From positions 32,001-96,000 of the IMG/VR virus record IMGVR_UViG_3300014204_007089: a stretch of DNA of 64,000 nucleotides, one strand, 5' to 3'. The first letter of the stretch is position 1; each line of letters starts with the position of its first letter. A program made the translations under genes and the position numbers. This document shows positions 31,501 to 40,732 of the stretch, one piece after another. The notes beneath the pieces were generated by a model. That model did not search any database and was not told the origin of the DNA. It saw only the letters and a program-made list of their open reading frames with translations. Source of the stretch: a virus. Lineage: Duplodnaviria; Caudoviricetes.

Positions 31501-33503
31501 ATAATTGAATAATCAATTCCATTACCAGTAGAGCTGGCTTGTACTATTTTATTAGCATCTCCTGCTCCTGGAACTATTCCATTAATTACAATATCATTTC
31601 CATTTTTATCAGTTGATATTAAATAACCATCTGAATTTCTAAACCATAAAGTTGAACTTCCATCAACTGGATTTCCACCAGGAACTGAATTTTGACCAAC
31701 TAATACTAATCCTGTTGGATCTATTAATCCATCAACCGTTAATTTTCCACCAATTGTTACATTATTTGCAAAATAACTATCGTAATAAACTTCTAATGGT
31801 GCAATATCACAATCTTTATCAATTTTAACAACAAGATTAAATTCAGAATCTAAAAACAGAATTCTTCCATCTAAACCATCAGTAGCTGCACCAGGAAGTA
31901 TTAAAACATCTCCTCCATATAAACTACCTTCTCCAGCATAAATATTAACAGATCCTCCATAATAACCATCACCAGCTTCAATCTGTAAACGTCCACCTAG
32001 ATTTTCTCCAGATCCACTATCACCACAAATAAGATGAATATTTCCACCATAACCAATTGAACTAGTTCCTGCAAACAAAGCAATATCACCTGGATATTCA
32101 TAACCATTTCCTGAAGTGATAACTGTATTTCCACCAATAGAATTTGAACTATTTCCTCCACCAATGGTTAATTCACCTCCAATATCATAACCATCTCCTC
32201 CAAGTAAATAAATACTACCACCAGAACTTAATAAACTTGTAGTTCCAATAATACTACAACCATCACTTAATACTATTCCATTTGAATTTATTAAATTATT
32301 AACTGTTAAATTGTTTGTAAAATAACCATCAGCAGCATATAAAGATCCCCAACGATATCCATCTTGATTTGCACCAAGATCTATTCCTGGATTTCCTGGA
32401 TATGTATTATTAGGATCTAATACTGAACACATACTTGTTTCATTAATTCTTATAAAACGATTATGATATTCTTCTTCATTACCTACCCATAATTCAATAG
32501 CACTTCCAGGATTAAAACTAGTTGAACAAATTTGAATTACATTATCATCATTTTCTACTTTAACTACAGTCTTATTTTTTGAAGATAATGTACACACATC
32601 ATCTGATGATAATGTAGCTATACCATATCCGTCTAAAGATAATGATGAGCCACCATCCCTTCCTACAAACATATTTATAGAACCAAATGTATTATTATTA
32701 ATATTTAATGTTTTTATAGCGCCATAATAAGTACTTTCATTTATTTCTATTGTAAAACTACCTGTACTATAAATTTTATCATTTTCTGTAATTACAATAT
32801 CAGTACCATCAGTAATATTTCCAATTGATAATGTTTCTGATAAACTTTCACCACCATTCACTCCAGCAATAAATATAACTTTAGAATAATAAACTTCTAC
32901 AATATCAGTAGTTCTTAATGTTTGTGTTCCTAACCATGTAAGAGTTTTACTAGATATTGAATAGTCTCCAATCTCCTGTTTTATACCATCTATAAATAAT
33001 GCAAGTGAATTTAACCAAGGTTTTGTTAAAAGAGTAAATGTTGTTTGACCTGGAGAAGAAACTATTAAAGCTTCATGAATTGGACAATATCCATCACTGC
33101 TGTAACCATCACTTCCACCACCAGTAATTGTTATTTCTGCTTCATCTGTTCCAACTTTTGCAACTGAAACTCCACTACCAATAAAATTAATAACAGATAC
33201 TGGATTTACAATTGAAACACCGTTATTTCTAATATCAATATAAGCATATCCATCATTATATCCATCACGACTCTCTAAAGCATCAAGTCTGGCACGTACA
33301 GTTCCATATGTTCCACTAGGCTTTATACCCAATTCAGACTCAATAGCTAAAATTGAATCTTTTTGACGATTTACAACCTCTGCTTTTACTGGAGTTTTTA
33401 AATCTATAACTGTAGGTAAACCATGAGTATCTCCTGGTGTAGGGTCATCGAAATCAAATGGATAACGAGTATATATAAATGATGGATTATAAAGCCTTAC
33501 CAT
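28596..33503 (-). CDS. Long tail fibre / adhesin
   Basis: 1635 aa; Gly-rich GG.I.I..G.G repeats, beta-helix segment, three W..G..GT.EP.W...GT..TDG.V.W carbohydrate-binding-like modules; 12 DGY motifs. Confidence 0.7.
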   Translation of the reverse strand: MVRLYNPSFIYTRYPFDFDDPTPGDTHGLPTVIDLKTPVKAEVVNRQKDSILAIESELGIKPSGTYGTVRARLDALESRDGYNDGYAYIDIRNNGVSIVNPVSVINFIGSGVSVAKVGTDEAEITITGGGSDGYSSDGYCPIHEALIVSSPGQTTFTLLTKPWLNSLALFIDGIKQEIGDYSISSKTLTWLGTQTLRTTDIVEVYYSKVIFIAGVNGGESLSETLSIGNITDGTDIVITENDKIYSTGSFTIEINESTYYGAIKTLNINNNTFGSINMFVGRDGGSSLSLDGYGIATLSSDDVCTLSSKNKTVVKVENDDNVIQICSTSFNPGSAIELWVGNEEEYHNRFIRINETSMCSVLDPNNTYPGNPGIDLGANQDGYRWGSLYAADGYFTNNLTVNNLINSNGIVLSDGCSIIGTTSLLSSGGSIYLLGGDGYDIGGELTIGGGNSSNSIGGNTVITSGNGYEYPGDIALFAGTSSIGYGGNIHLICGDSGSGENLGGRLQIEAGDGYYGGSVNIYAGEGSLYGGDVLILPGAATDGLDGRILFLDSEFNLVVKIDKDCDIAPLEVYYDSYFANNVTIGGKLTVDGLIDPTGLVLVGQNSVPGGNPVDGSSTLWFRNSDGYLISTDKNGNDIVINGIVPGAGDANKIVQASSTGNGIDYSIIESSLSSSIENDGQRHFKRNDTVVITDYPYSASDHYISTTGSINNGSSTLIVADGSELLNNYGIVIQGAGSAHGLKTPNAPEVFQQGTTGASTVEVKVVAATRHRGYTVASSATTIVNAAAAFTKTNWLGVWPEIIPGATWYLIYVRRGGVGSFTLRKVIPGQITLSYSNATGSHRPVVVIDSETAISTLPMFPLTEPVSSQSNYLRTRIISGGGTTNLIINTPARTTVSSLNVYNDNWSAITDALDSFPKMPNSPIYLGGDIEIPRGEFLIWDDIHVMKTSSIRGHGGNWNIPISQIRPIDSLYGLSIDHNRDCPQWTPGVPVKLGDSLRPARYWNNLTYIWECTTPGITGTTYPTFTYTVGTTITDGSVVWTCANYKTITAAQSILEHFGLIAYNKLYIDGVKAPLIPGAFEVAGTEIVANSVHNTYATVKLWTPGGDLVSGRYVVPSDGYETGFRYRIGSSGTSGLTEPIWSKIHNSITLDNGISLTAEWMPVIWGAGILTSAQMSANHVCVTFSSGWAWFLNGKSSGTGTNTDGAIFDNISAYECGGGIYIEGYDASIATFNNAFVGVCGAGLVDLGFYGSRFMNCFWESNYRGPQNSLTGVQSCSRFDGCYWEDVASAAPDHYLYSPSHGSGGVIGAGTLIKGTMKWSPLPSSNGFNYGMVNYNPTCTHPLTSVMSWPGTDYCAFETYTQSDGASQLRGHLRFLFNYTTRIWSMGSRQYSQYKIAYQIEQGSAQGDMFQVDKFHLGVGKSLLSVVSGVPTTGCYQAGDLLLWSNPSRLAIKNKTTGGYCVPLNDGYWTNNQAYGAASSNVIRNTINTHIFAIITGGTSGSVEPTWNTTLGTITTDGSCEWICWSTYAVPEWISQPAPSADIYNLPDSDAGIGYATRRARTTTTYTNHHSITLSAIDAIKGDLIEILRDDSGVSYHAYIKRADTTLIYTLDSKGSVELLFDGTNWIVLRGSSWL

Positions 33504-33561
33504 TATTCCTCAAGTAATTTAAAATATTTTTCAAATATATTCCAAATTATGCACTCCAATT

Positions 33562-33597
33562 AAAAAAGCTCGGGAAGTTTTCATTCCCGAGCTTTTT
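33562..33597 (-). terminator. Rho-independent terminator (probably bidirectional)
   Basis: AAAAAGCTCGGGAA-loop-TTCCCGAGCTTTTT. Confidence 0.8.
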
Positions 33598-33618
33598 ACT
33601 ATTTAATTTATATATTAA

Positions 33619-33921
33619 TTATACTAAAAATAATTTTTCAACTTGAGAAAAAGTTACACTATTTGGATTGATTCTATAATAATAAGTTTTCTTACTAGTA
33701 TGTCGATTTAATTCATAAGAACTCTTACATTCAACTTCAAAACCACCATATGTTTCTTTACGCAAATCCCTAACTCTAGCAGTTCCTGATGGAACTCTGG
33801 TTAACTTATGTCTTGGAATCCATTCTCCTCCTACTGAAAGTAAACGAAGAGCAACTCTCTGAGTATTATTTTTAACTTGTGTTCTACTGATATTTTTAAT
33901 AAATGATTGAATATTATTCAT
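33619..33921 (-). CDS. Hypothetical protein, possible winged-helix
   Basis: 100 aa; 'ARVRDLRK...GFEV' resembles wHTH proteins. Confidence 0.45.
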   Translation of the reverse strand: MNNIQSFIKNISRTQVKNNTQRVALRLLSVGGEWIPRHKLTRVPSGTARVRDLRKETYGGFEVECKSSYELNRHTSKKTYYYRINPNSVTFSQVEKLFLV

Positions 33922-34126
33922 TTTCTTCCTTTTTTTCTTCTAATGTTATTGGTCCTGATATGGCTTTTACACCATCAAGTAATTGACTTAATTTAATTTC
34001 TGCAGAATTAACTAATAATTGTAATGGGTTATTAACATTTCTAGATGCAATACTTACAAATACATAATATGGTTTATTTGATCTTTGAAATTCCAAATAT
34101 CCACCATCATTAAATGTAATTCTCAT
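33914..34126 (-). CDS. Hypothetical protein
   Basis: 70 aa ORF overlapping the next gene. Confidence 0.5.
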   Translation of the reverse strand: MRITFNDGGYLEFQRSNKPYYVFVSIASRNVNNPLQLLVNSAEIKLSQLLDGVKAISGPITLEEKKEENE

Positions 34127-34137
34127 GTTTTAACCTT

Positions 34138-34947
34138 CTAAATAAAATCTTTAACAAAAATTTTATGATCTGTAATAATATGTTTATTACCATCTTCATC
34201 TATAGTAACACTGTGTTCAAAATGAACACCTATTTCTTTTGTTATAACTGTCCATTTATCATTAAGTATTTTTGTATTTGTGTTTTTACCAAATACAAAC
34301 ATTGGTTCAATTGCAATTGACATTCCTGGTCTAATTATCACACCGTCACTTGATTTTGATTTATTAGCAATAAATGGAGATGCGTGTAGCATATCACTAT
34401 CTATTCCATGACCACCATACATAGTTATAACACCAAAACCATCATCTTTAGATTTTTTATGTATTACATTTCCAATTTCTCCAATTTTATTTCCTGGTTT
34501 AAATACTTCTATTGCATCATATAAAGCATTTTGACAAGAAAATAATAATTTCATTATTTTATCATCTTTTGGTTTCCCATATATATAAGTCACAGCACAA
34601 TCAGCAATTGCAGATTGAAAAGTAACTCCAACATCTAATGTTAATACATCTCCAGATTGAAGTATAATATCACGATTTGCAAAACCATGTACTAATTCTT
34701 TATTTAAAGAAGCACAAACAGATGTTGGAAAACCACGATAATGTAAAAATGTAGGAGTACATCCAGAATTATCAATAATATTATTAGCAACTTTTTCCAA
34801 AGAAGATAAAGTAAGATTTTTAGACATACCTTTTATCATTTTAAAAAATTCATGATGAATATTTTTAATAACATCACCAGCAATTTTTTGTCTTTTAATC
34901 CATTTTTTATCTTTTAAGACAATTATTTGTCCATTATCTAAAGTCAT
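34138..34947 (-). CDS. map: Methionine aminopeptidase (type I)
   Basis: Metal ligands intact: LDVGV, ADCAVT, GHGI, AIEPM, HFEHSV; also YRGFP..VC.S.N...VHG. Confidence 0.92.
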   Translation of the reverse strand: MTLDNGQIIVLKDKKWIKRQKIAGDVIKNIHHEFFKMIKGMSKNLTLSSLEKVANNIIDNSGCTPTFLHYRGFPTSVCASLNKELVHGFANRDIILQSGDVLTLDVGVTFQSAIADCAVTYIYGKPKDDKIMKLLFSCQNALYDAIEVFKPGNKIGEIGNVIHKKSKDDGFGVITMYGGHGIDSDMLHASPFIANKSKSSDGVIIRPGMSIAIEPMFVFGKNTNTKILNDKWTVITKEIGVHFEHSVTIDEDGNKHIITDHKIFVKDFI

Positions 34948-34969
34948 CTTATTATCTTTCTATTCTTGC

Positions 34970-35206
34970 TTATTTTTGCTTATTTTTATTTATAACTCTA
35001 TCTTTATTTTTTTCCAATGAAAATAAAGAATTAACATCTAAATGTTTAAGATTTTCTACAAATTGTTTATCAAGATCTAATCTTATTTTATTTAGTTCTT
35101 GAAAATCAGATTTCTGACATGCACTCTTATCATTTAAAACTACATATATATGATTTCTAACAGCAACTAATGCTGCTAAATTATTCAGATTAATTTTATT
35201 TGACAT
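34970..35206 (-). CDS. Hypothetical protein
   Basis: 78 aa ORF with RBS. Confidence 0.5.
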   Translation of the reverse strand: MSNKINLNNLAALVAVRNHIYVVLNDKSACQKSDFQELNKIRLDLDKQFVENLKHLDVNSLFSLEKNKDRVINKNKQK

Positions 35207-35253
35207 TATAATTCCTATAATTTTAACAGCATTATTTACTATTCTTATAATTT

Positions 35254-35515
35254 GTGAACTACCCTCACCTAAAAGTAAGGGGTTTTTGGATCCTCATGGT
35301 TCCAACATATTGAGGATCATCCTCAATAGCTTGTCCCAGGCAATAAATGTTTAATAATTAAAATTTTAATTCGTTTTTCTAAGAATCTTTGTGCTAAAAA
35401 ATAGCACCATGTGATCTTCTATTCAGAATATATCAAGAGATTCCTAAAATAAAGAAAAAAGTTTAACAACAATTCATCCTTCTCCTAAAGGAAAGGGATT
35501 TATTGTTGAAAAAGG
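35254..35515 (-). mobile_element. Non-autonomous IS200/IS605-family element (262 bp) retaining an omegaRNA-like right end
   Basis: Target TTTAA (35516-35520, overlapping the upstream stop codon); left-end hairpin; ends GGTAGTTCAC; homologous to 46703-47012 and 48798-49106 with internal deletions. Confidence 0.85.
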
Positions 35516-35773
35516 TTAAACAGATACTTCTTCTTCTGGCCAAGTAATAACACCAGTATTAATATCAACATTACAACGCGGGTCTAAACCACGCTCAAGG
35601 AAAAATTGTTGTAATTGAAGTTTATATTCAAGTTCAGCAATTCTTGCATCCTTTACTGTTTTTTCAGCGGCTGTAGCAGTTTCAATACCCTTAGTACGTG
35701 CTTCAATAATACCCTTTAATTCTTCCACATCTACTTTAGTTGTTTTCATTATATTGCTCCTTATAATTATCAA
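35516..35773 (-). CDS. Hypothetical protein (likely ATG start at 35749 after AGGAG)
   Basis: ORF track; RBS. Confidence 0.5.
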   Translation of the reverse strand: MIIIRSNIMKTTKVDVEELKGIIEARTKGIETATAAEKTVKDARIAELEYKLQLQQFFLERGLDPRCNVDINTGVITWPEEEVSV

Positions 35774-35800
35774 TTTATTTATATATCACACAAATTTTAA

Positions 35801-36196
35801 TTAATCAAAAATACTCCAAGTTTCTATAATCATTTCATAATAAAGTTGTTTTGATAAATTTCTCGTCTGTTTATTTTGTTTGGTAATAAATTTAGGTTTA
35901 AACCATTCTGCAAATAAAATACCTTTATGATATATAATAGATCCTCTATCACCATTGTCAATTATTTCAATCTCTAATTTTAATAATAAATCTCTTAAAG
36001 ATATTTTTTGTTCTATTGTTAAATATATATCAGGCCAGAATTCTTCTACAGGAATTCCAATTTTTTCTAAAATATCTCTTAAAAAAGAATTTCTTTCTTC
36101 TTCTTCAACTGTTTTTGCATCTTCTCTATCTAAATATATAGATCTTTTTTCAACCACAACCCTTACTCCATCCACATGTACAAGATATACACCCAT
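35801..36196 (-). CDS. Hypothetical protein
   Basis: 131 aa ORF; true start probably nearer the RNR stop. Confidence 0.5.
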   Translation of the reverse strand: MGVYLVHVDGVRVVVEKRSIYLDREDAKTVEEEERNSFLRDILEKIGIPVEEFWPDIYLTIEQKISLRDLLLKLEIEIIDNGDRGSIIYHKGILFAEWFKPKFITKQNKQTRNLSKQLYYEMIIETWSIFD

Positions 36197-39100
36197 CCAT
36201 ATATATTAATTCTTTTCTACCACAACTTGGACATTCACCTCCAGCACTTTCACCATCTATAATGTATTTCTTCAATACTCTAGAAGTAGCTGCTGCTAAA
36301 TCAGAAACATCCTCAGCTGCTTTCCCCAATTGATCTACAATATATTTAATAGGAATAGAATGTCTTAATGAAATAGATACCATTCTAAATAACATTTGTT
36401 CAGATGCTGTAAAATATTCTCCAAAATCATTAAATGAAATAGAATCATCTATAGTTAATTTATATTTACTATGACCTTCTTTTGTCATTGTTCCCTTCTT
36501 GGTCTTAAACTTAAATGCCATTGTTTCAGGAATTAATCCACCAAACATTTCATATGGCATATTGTTTTGTAAACCAACTACCATAATATACTGTTTACCA
36601 TGTACCTTTACTTGATAAACATCACATGGTAATTCTTTTTGTCTTGGTGTAGCGTTTAATGATTTTACACTATCTGATACGATTAAATTAAGTTCTTTAG
36701 CTTCTTCTTCGGTAAAATTACTATTATGAATTTTAATTCCATCATTTTTAAGTTCAAAAGCTAATTGCTTAAACGGAATATATGAAATAATTCCATACAT
36801 CTTCTTATCTTTATAAGCAGCAAGACTCTTTACACCTTTTTTATTTGCTTGAACAATAAGATTATAAATATCTTGCCAAGAAGAATTTTCTGATAAAGAA
36901 TATGTTACCGAAATAGATGAATCAACATATTTCATTAATTTTGACATTAAATTTAATTTATCCAAAGGTTTGATATCACTAGATTTCTTAAATTTAATAC
37001 CAATTTTTTCAGCATTTTCATTAATAAATTTTGCAATTGGAATTCCATTAGATCCATCCCAAGTATCTTTAATAGTATCAGAATTAATAGGAATTGAATA
37101 TCCAGCTTTTTCAAAAGTAGTTCTAACAACATTTGGAACACAAAAATAATATTCATAAAACCCAGAAATTTTAGTACGTTTCCAATAATACATACCAATA
37201 GCTGGTTCCACTCCAGTTGAAATAATATAATCTCTAAACATTAAAGATAGAGTATTATGATTTATAACACCATTTGCAGTTACATATGTATGTTCAGGAT
37301 TGTCTACTTCAATATCATATGTTTTTATTATTTCCCTGGTAATATTTTTAATCTTTAAATTAAAATAATTATCAAAATTAAATGGAAATTTAATAAAATC
37401 ATAAATTTTATTTAAAGTAATTCTATTAATATGAGTTAATAACCCTTTATGTCTATTTAATACTAAATTAATATTATTATACAAATTGCATTTTTTATTA
37501 CGCATTTGTTTACGATACTGTTTTAAAATATAAGATAATATATAAATTTTTTCTTGATCTTTTTTAAAAACTTTTAATTTGTTATTTTTTCTATTACTTA
37601 AAAATCCAATTTTTTTCTTAAATAAATTTTTATCAGATGTAAATCTTATATCAAGATTATACCAAGCTATATTGTTTATATTTTTTTTAAAATTTATAAA
37701 TGATTGTATACCAACATATGTTAATAATTCTTGAACCTCTTGCATAATATTTTTATGTTTTGAACTTAATGAAATATGAGAACTATGAGAAGTTCCATCT
37801 GCTTCAAACAAACCTCTTAAATAAGCACAAATTACTGATTTGGGAGATTTGAAAATATATTCTGGAATATGATAAATATAATTATTTTCAACTCCACGTG
37901 ATGGAAAATCTTTTTTACTAAATCCATTTTTAATAAAATAATTACAAACATTTACAGAATAAATACTTACTGTAAATGTTTTTTCATTATTAGTTTTAAC
38001 AATAGAAACATCACAATTAAATAATTTTTTAATTAAAGTTTGTATTTTTTCAACAAGGTCTATATCTTCATCAAAAACTGTAAATCTAATTGCACTTGCT
38101 TTATCATCTGTACATCTAAAATTTAAACTACCATCACCCGTAAATAATCCTATTATTTCTGCTAACTCTTCAGTCAATTCTACTGGATATTTTAAATTTT
38201 TTATTGAACTAGAATGATTACTATATATGTCAGTATTTAATTTTACATATTGTTTTGGTTCATTATCAGATCCTTTACAAAGAATAGCAATATCACCAAT
38301 CTTTAAATTAGGAGCATATTCCCAATCATATTTCCCATCTTTAAGTATGCGAATTCTATGAGTCTCTGAAACTTTAATTTCACGACCATCTTCAAACTCA
38401 ATTACATATCCATTAACTTCTCCATTATTATAAAATGATAATACTTTACTAGTACCATTTTCATGTGAAATAAATGTTTCAGGAACATTATAACTAAATT
38501 GTTTTTCTTCTGGATACTCATTAACAATATCTTTTATTTTAACTAACCCACGATCTGTAATAATTCTAGTATTTTCTTCAATACATCCAGTTGGAGCAAT
38601 GCTAGAACACGTACAATTACGCATAGTTTCAAATACAAGACCTTGCTCAATCATATTTTTAATGAATGGAGATTGTTCATATTGTTCTTTTACAAACAAT
38701 CCAAATGAACCTTTTTCTTTACCAAGAGAAATAGATGATTCATATAAATAAAAATTATATAATCTATTAAAATCAAATAATGCTTCATTAGCTTGTTCTG
38801 AACCATATTCTAAATTTTGCTTAAAGAACCAAGCTGCAATATTTGTAATGCCAGCTCCTGTCCTTCTAAGTTTTTCAATAGCTAATCTCTGATGAGGAGT
38901 TGAATAGGTTTGTCCAATCAATTCCATTTCATTTACATTATCTAAAAATCTATTAACAGAATAAGAAATGGTTTTTAATTCTTGTGTATAAAGATCTTTT
39001 TCCGTACTAAAACGTCCAGCATTAATAGAAGATAATACACAAACACTATCTCTAGATAGATATTGTTCTGAACACGCATTAGAACTAATCACTTTTGGGC

Positions 39101-40073
39101 AATATTCTCCAGTAGGATCTGTTAAATAATCACTATTTGACCAGTATTTAGCCATATCAATTTGCTGGATACCTGGTTCTCCATGTGAGATGGCATTCTT
39201 TGCAATTAATTCTAATAAATATCTAGCTTTTACTACTTTTTTTACAACTTCTTCTGAACGATCTTTTTTAGCTAATCTATAATATCTTCCTTGTTCATCC
39301 TTTTTACAATCCATATCAGTAGAATGTATATCTACATATACACGATCACCTTTTTTTGTACTAGGAATTGTAAAAGACATTTCCCAATCAGCATCTTCAT
39401 CTACTGCTTTATAAAAAGCATCATTTGTTTGTACTGAAATGTTTGCATTTTGAATAATTGTATGGTCACTTTTTACTTTAATAAATTCTTCAACATCAGG
39501 ATGGTTAATAGAAAGAGAGAATAGCATTGCTGGAATTCTTCCCTTTTGTCCAATATAATTACCAATAGAATCAATAAATTTCATCCAATGAATAACTCCT
39601 TGGCTTTCATTTGATGAATTTCTTACTTCACATCCCCTTGGACGTAGCTTGGAAAAATCTACCCCAAGGCCTTGGCGATATGCGGCCATTTTTGCAACAG
39701 TATACGATGTATTCTTTATAATAGATTCTAAGTTATCCCAATTTGTATCTTCTTGTCCGCCTAAACTTACAGTGGAACAATTAGACATAGAAATAGATTT
39801 ACCAGAATAGGCACCCTGCATAATAGAACCTGCAGGATGCCACCAATCATTATAAATTTCATCAAACCATCTATCAGACCAAAACTTTTTTAATTCTTCT
39901 GTTGATTCACAAGAAGCTATATAATCACAAACTCTTTTGAGTGATTGAACATAAGTTTCTTTTTGTCCATTTATAACTTGTGCATATTTTTTATTAAAGG
40001 CATCAATACTAAATTGATTTCCATTAAAATATTCTTCAGTACTTACATTCATAACATCTTCAAAAGTAACCAT
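36150..40073 (-). CDS. nrdJ: Class II (adenosylcobalamin-type) ribonucleotide reductase with intein and C-terminal TSCPD/Zn-finger
   Basis: SNC, NACSEQ (catalytic Cys/Glu), SIAPTG|T motifs; C-terminal CPSC...CISCTC; no beta subunit adjacent. Confidence 0.8.
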   Translation of the reverse strand: MVTFEDVMNVSTEEYFNGNQFSIDAFNKKYAQVINGQKETYVQSLKRVCDYIASCESTEELKKFWSDRWFDEIYNDWWHPAGSIMQGAYSGKSISMSNCSTVSLGGQEDTNWDNLESIIKNTSYTVAKMAAYRQGLGVDFSKLRPRGCEVRNSSNESQGVIHWMKFIDSIGNYIGQKGRIPAMLFSLSINHPDVEEFIKVKSDHTIIQNANISVQTNDAFYKAVDEDADWEMSFTIPSTKKGDRVYVDIHSTDMDCKKDEQGRYYRLAKKDRSEEVVKKVVKARYLLELIAKNAISHGEPGIQQIDMAKYWSNSDYLTDPTGEYCPKVISSNACSEQYLSRDSVCVLSSINAGRFSTEKDLYTQELKTISYSVNRFLDNVNEMELIGQTYSTPHQRLAIEKLRRTGAGITNIAAWFFKQNLEYGSEQANEALFDFNRLYNFYLYESSISLGKEKGSFGLFVKEQYEQSPFIKNMIEQGLVFETMRNCTCSSIAPTGCIEENTRIITDRGLVKIKDIVNEYPEEKQFSYNVPETFISHENGTSKVLSFYNNGEVNGYVIEFEDGREIKVSETHRIRILKDGKYDWEYAPNLKIGDIAILCKGSDNEPKQYVKLNTDIYSNHSSSIKNLKYPVELTEELAEIIGLFTGDGSLNFRCTDDKASAIRFTVFDEDIDLVEKIQTLIKKLFNCDVSIVKTNNEKTFTVSIYSVNVCNYFIKNGFSKKDFPSRGVENNYIYHIPEYIFKSPKSVICAYLRGLFEADGTSHSSHISLSSKHKNIMQEVQELLTYVGIQSFINFKKNINNIAWYNLDIRFTSDKNLFKKKIGFLSNRKNNKLKVFKKDQEKIYILSYILKQYRKQMRNKKCNLYNNINLVLNRHKGLLTHINRITLNKIYDFIKFPFNFDNYFNLKIKNITREIIKTYDIEVDNPEHTYVTANGVINHNTLSLMFRDYIISTGVEPAIGMYYWKRTKISGFYEYYFCVPNVVRTTFEKAGYSIPINSDTIKDTWDGSNGIPIAKFINENAEKIGIKFKKSSDIKPLDKLNLMSKLMKYVDSSISVTYSLSENSSWQDIYNLIVQANKKGVKSLAAYKDKKMYGIISYIPFKQLAFELKNDGIKIHNSNFTEEEAKELNLIVSDSVKSLNATPRQKELPCDVYQVKVHGKQYIMVVGLQNNMPYEMFGGLIPETMAFKFKTKKGTMTKEGHSKYKLTIDDSISFNDFGEYFTASEQMLFRMVSISLRHSIPIKYIVDQLGKAAEDVSDLAAATSRVLKKYIIDGESAGGECPSCGRKELIYMDGCISCTCGWSKGCG
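37254..38585 (-). mobile_element. Intein (444 aa) with LAGLIDADG endonuclease in RNR
   Basis: APTG|CIEENT...VINHN|TLS; IIGLFTGDG and YLRGLFEADG motifs. Confidence 0.9.
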
Positions 40074-40075
40074 AA

Positions 40076-40723
40076 TTAAATCTCCAAACCTATTAACTCT
40101 TGTTTTAATTTTCTTTTAGCTTCATTTAATAATTTTAAGCATATTACCCTAGTAATCTTCAATTGTCCACATATTTTATCAATTGAATTTAGATTACATC
40201 TATCATTCGTCATTTCATAATGCAACTCTATTACCCGTCTTTGTTCTTCTGGTAATTTTAAAACAGCATTCTTAATGATAATAGAATTTTCACAAGTAGA
40301 AAAATTATCTGATGCACTAGGATTATCATCAATCATTATTGGAATTTGAGAAACTTTATAAGGTTGAATATTTCTAGCGTGCTTTAAAGGTATTTTAATA
40401 GTTGAATGTCTATTTGCTTCTCTACTAACCTTTGTTTTCATATATTTATTAGCCCACCAAAAAAAATCACCCTTTTCAGGATTATATGAATGCAAAGCTG
40501 AATATAATGCAATTCTAGCATCTTGACGAAGATCTTCATAATTAGCAAAATTACGATATCTACGAGTTCTAGCATCTACAAGATACTCTAATTTTTCAAT
40601 ACATAATCCTTGAATTTTTTTTAATTCATTTTTTAGTTTTGAACTTTTTATTTTTTCGTATTCTCTACGAATAGTTACTAATTGAAATACTATATCATTA
40701 ATCTCTATATTATTAGATTTCAT
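40076..40723 (-). CDS. Phage RNA polymerase sigma factor (sigma70-like)
   Basis: Region 2 YEDLRQDARIALYSALHSYNPEKGDFFWWA; region 4 LPEEQRRVIELHY...I...LKITR. Confidence 0.85.
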   Translation of the reverse strand: MKSNNIEINDIVFQLVTIRREYEKIKSSKLKNELKKIQGLCIEKLEYLVDARTRRYRNFANYEDLRQDARIALYSALHSYNPEKGDFFWWANKYMKTKVSREANRHSTIKIPLKHARNIQPYKVSQIPIMIDDNPSASDNFSTCENSIIIKNAVLKLPEEQRRVIELHYEMTNDRCNLNSIDKICGQLKITRVICLKLLNEAKRKLKQELIGLEI

Positions 40724-40732
40724 AGTAATTCC

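Noticed and set aside
6645-33503. DGY as a DNA-level repeat or an EF-hand repeat
   Set aside because: Synonymous codons vary and flanks differ; the full DxDGDGY Ca-binding context appears at most once
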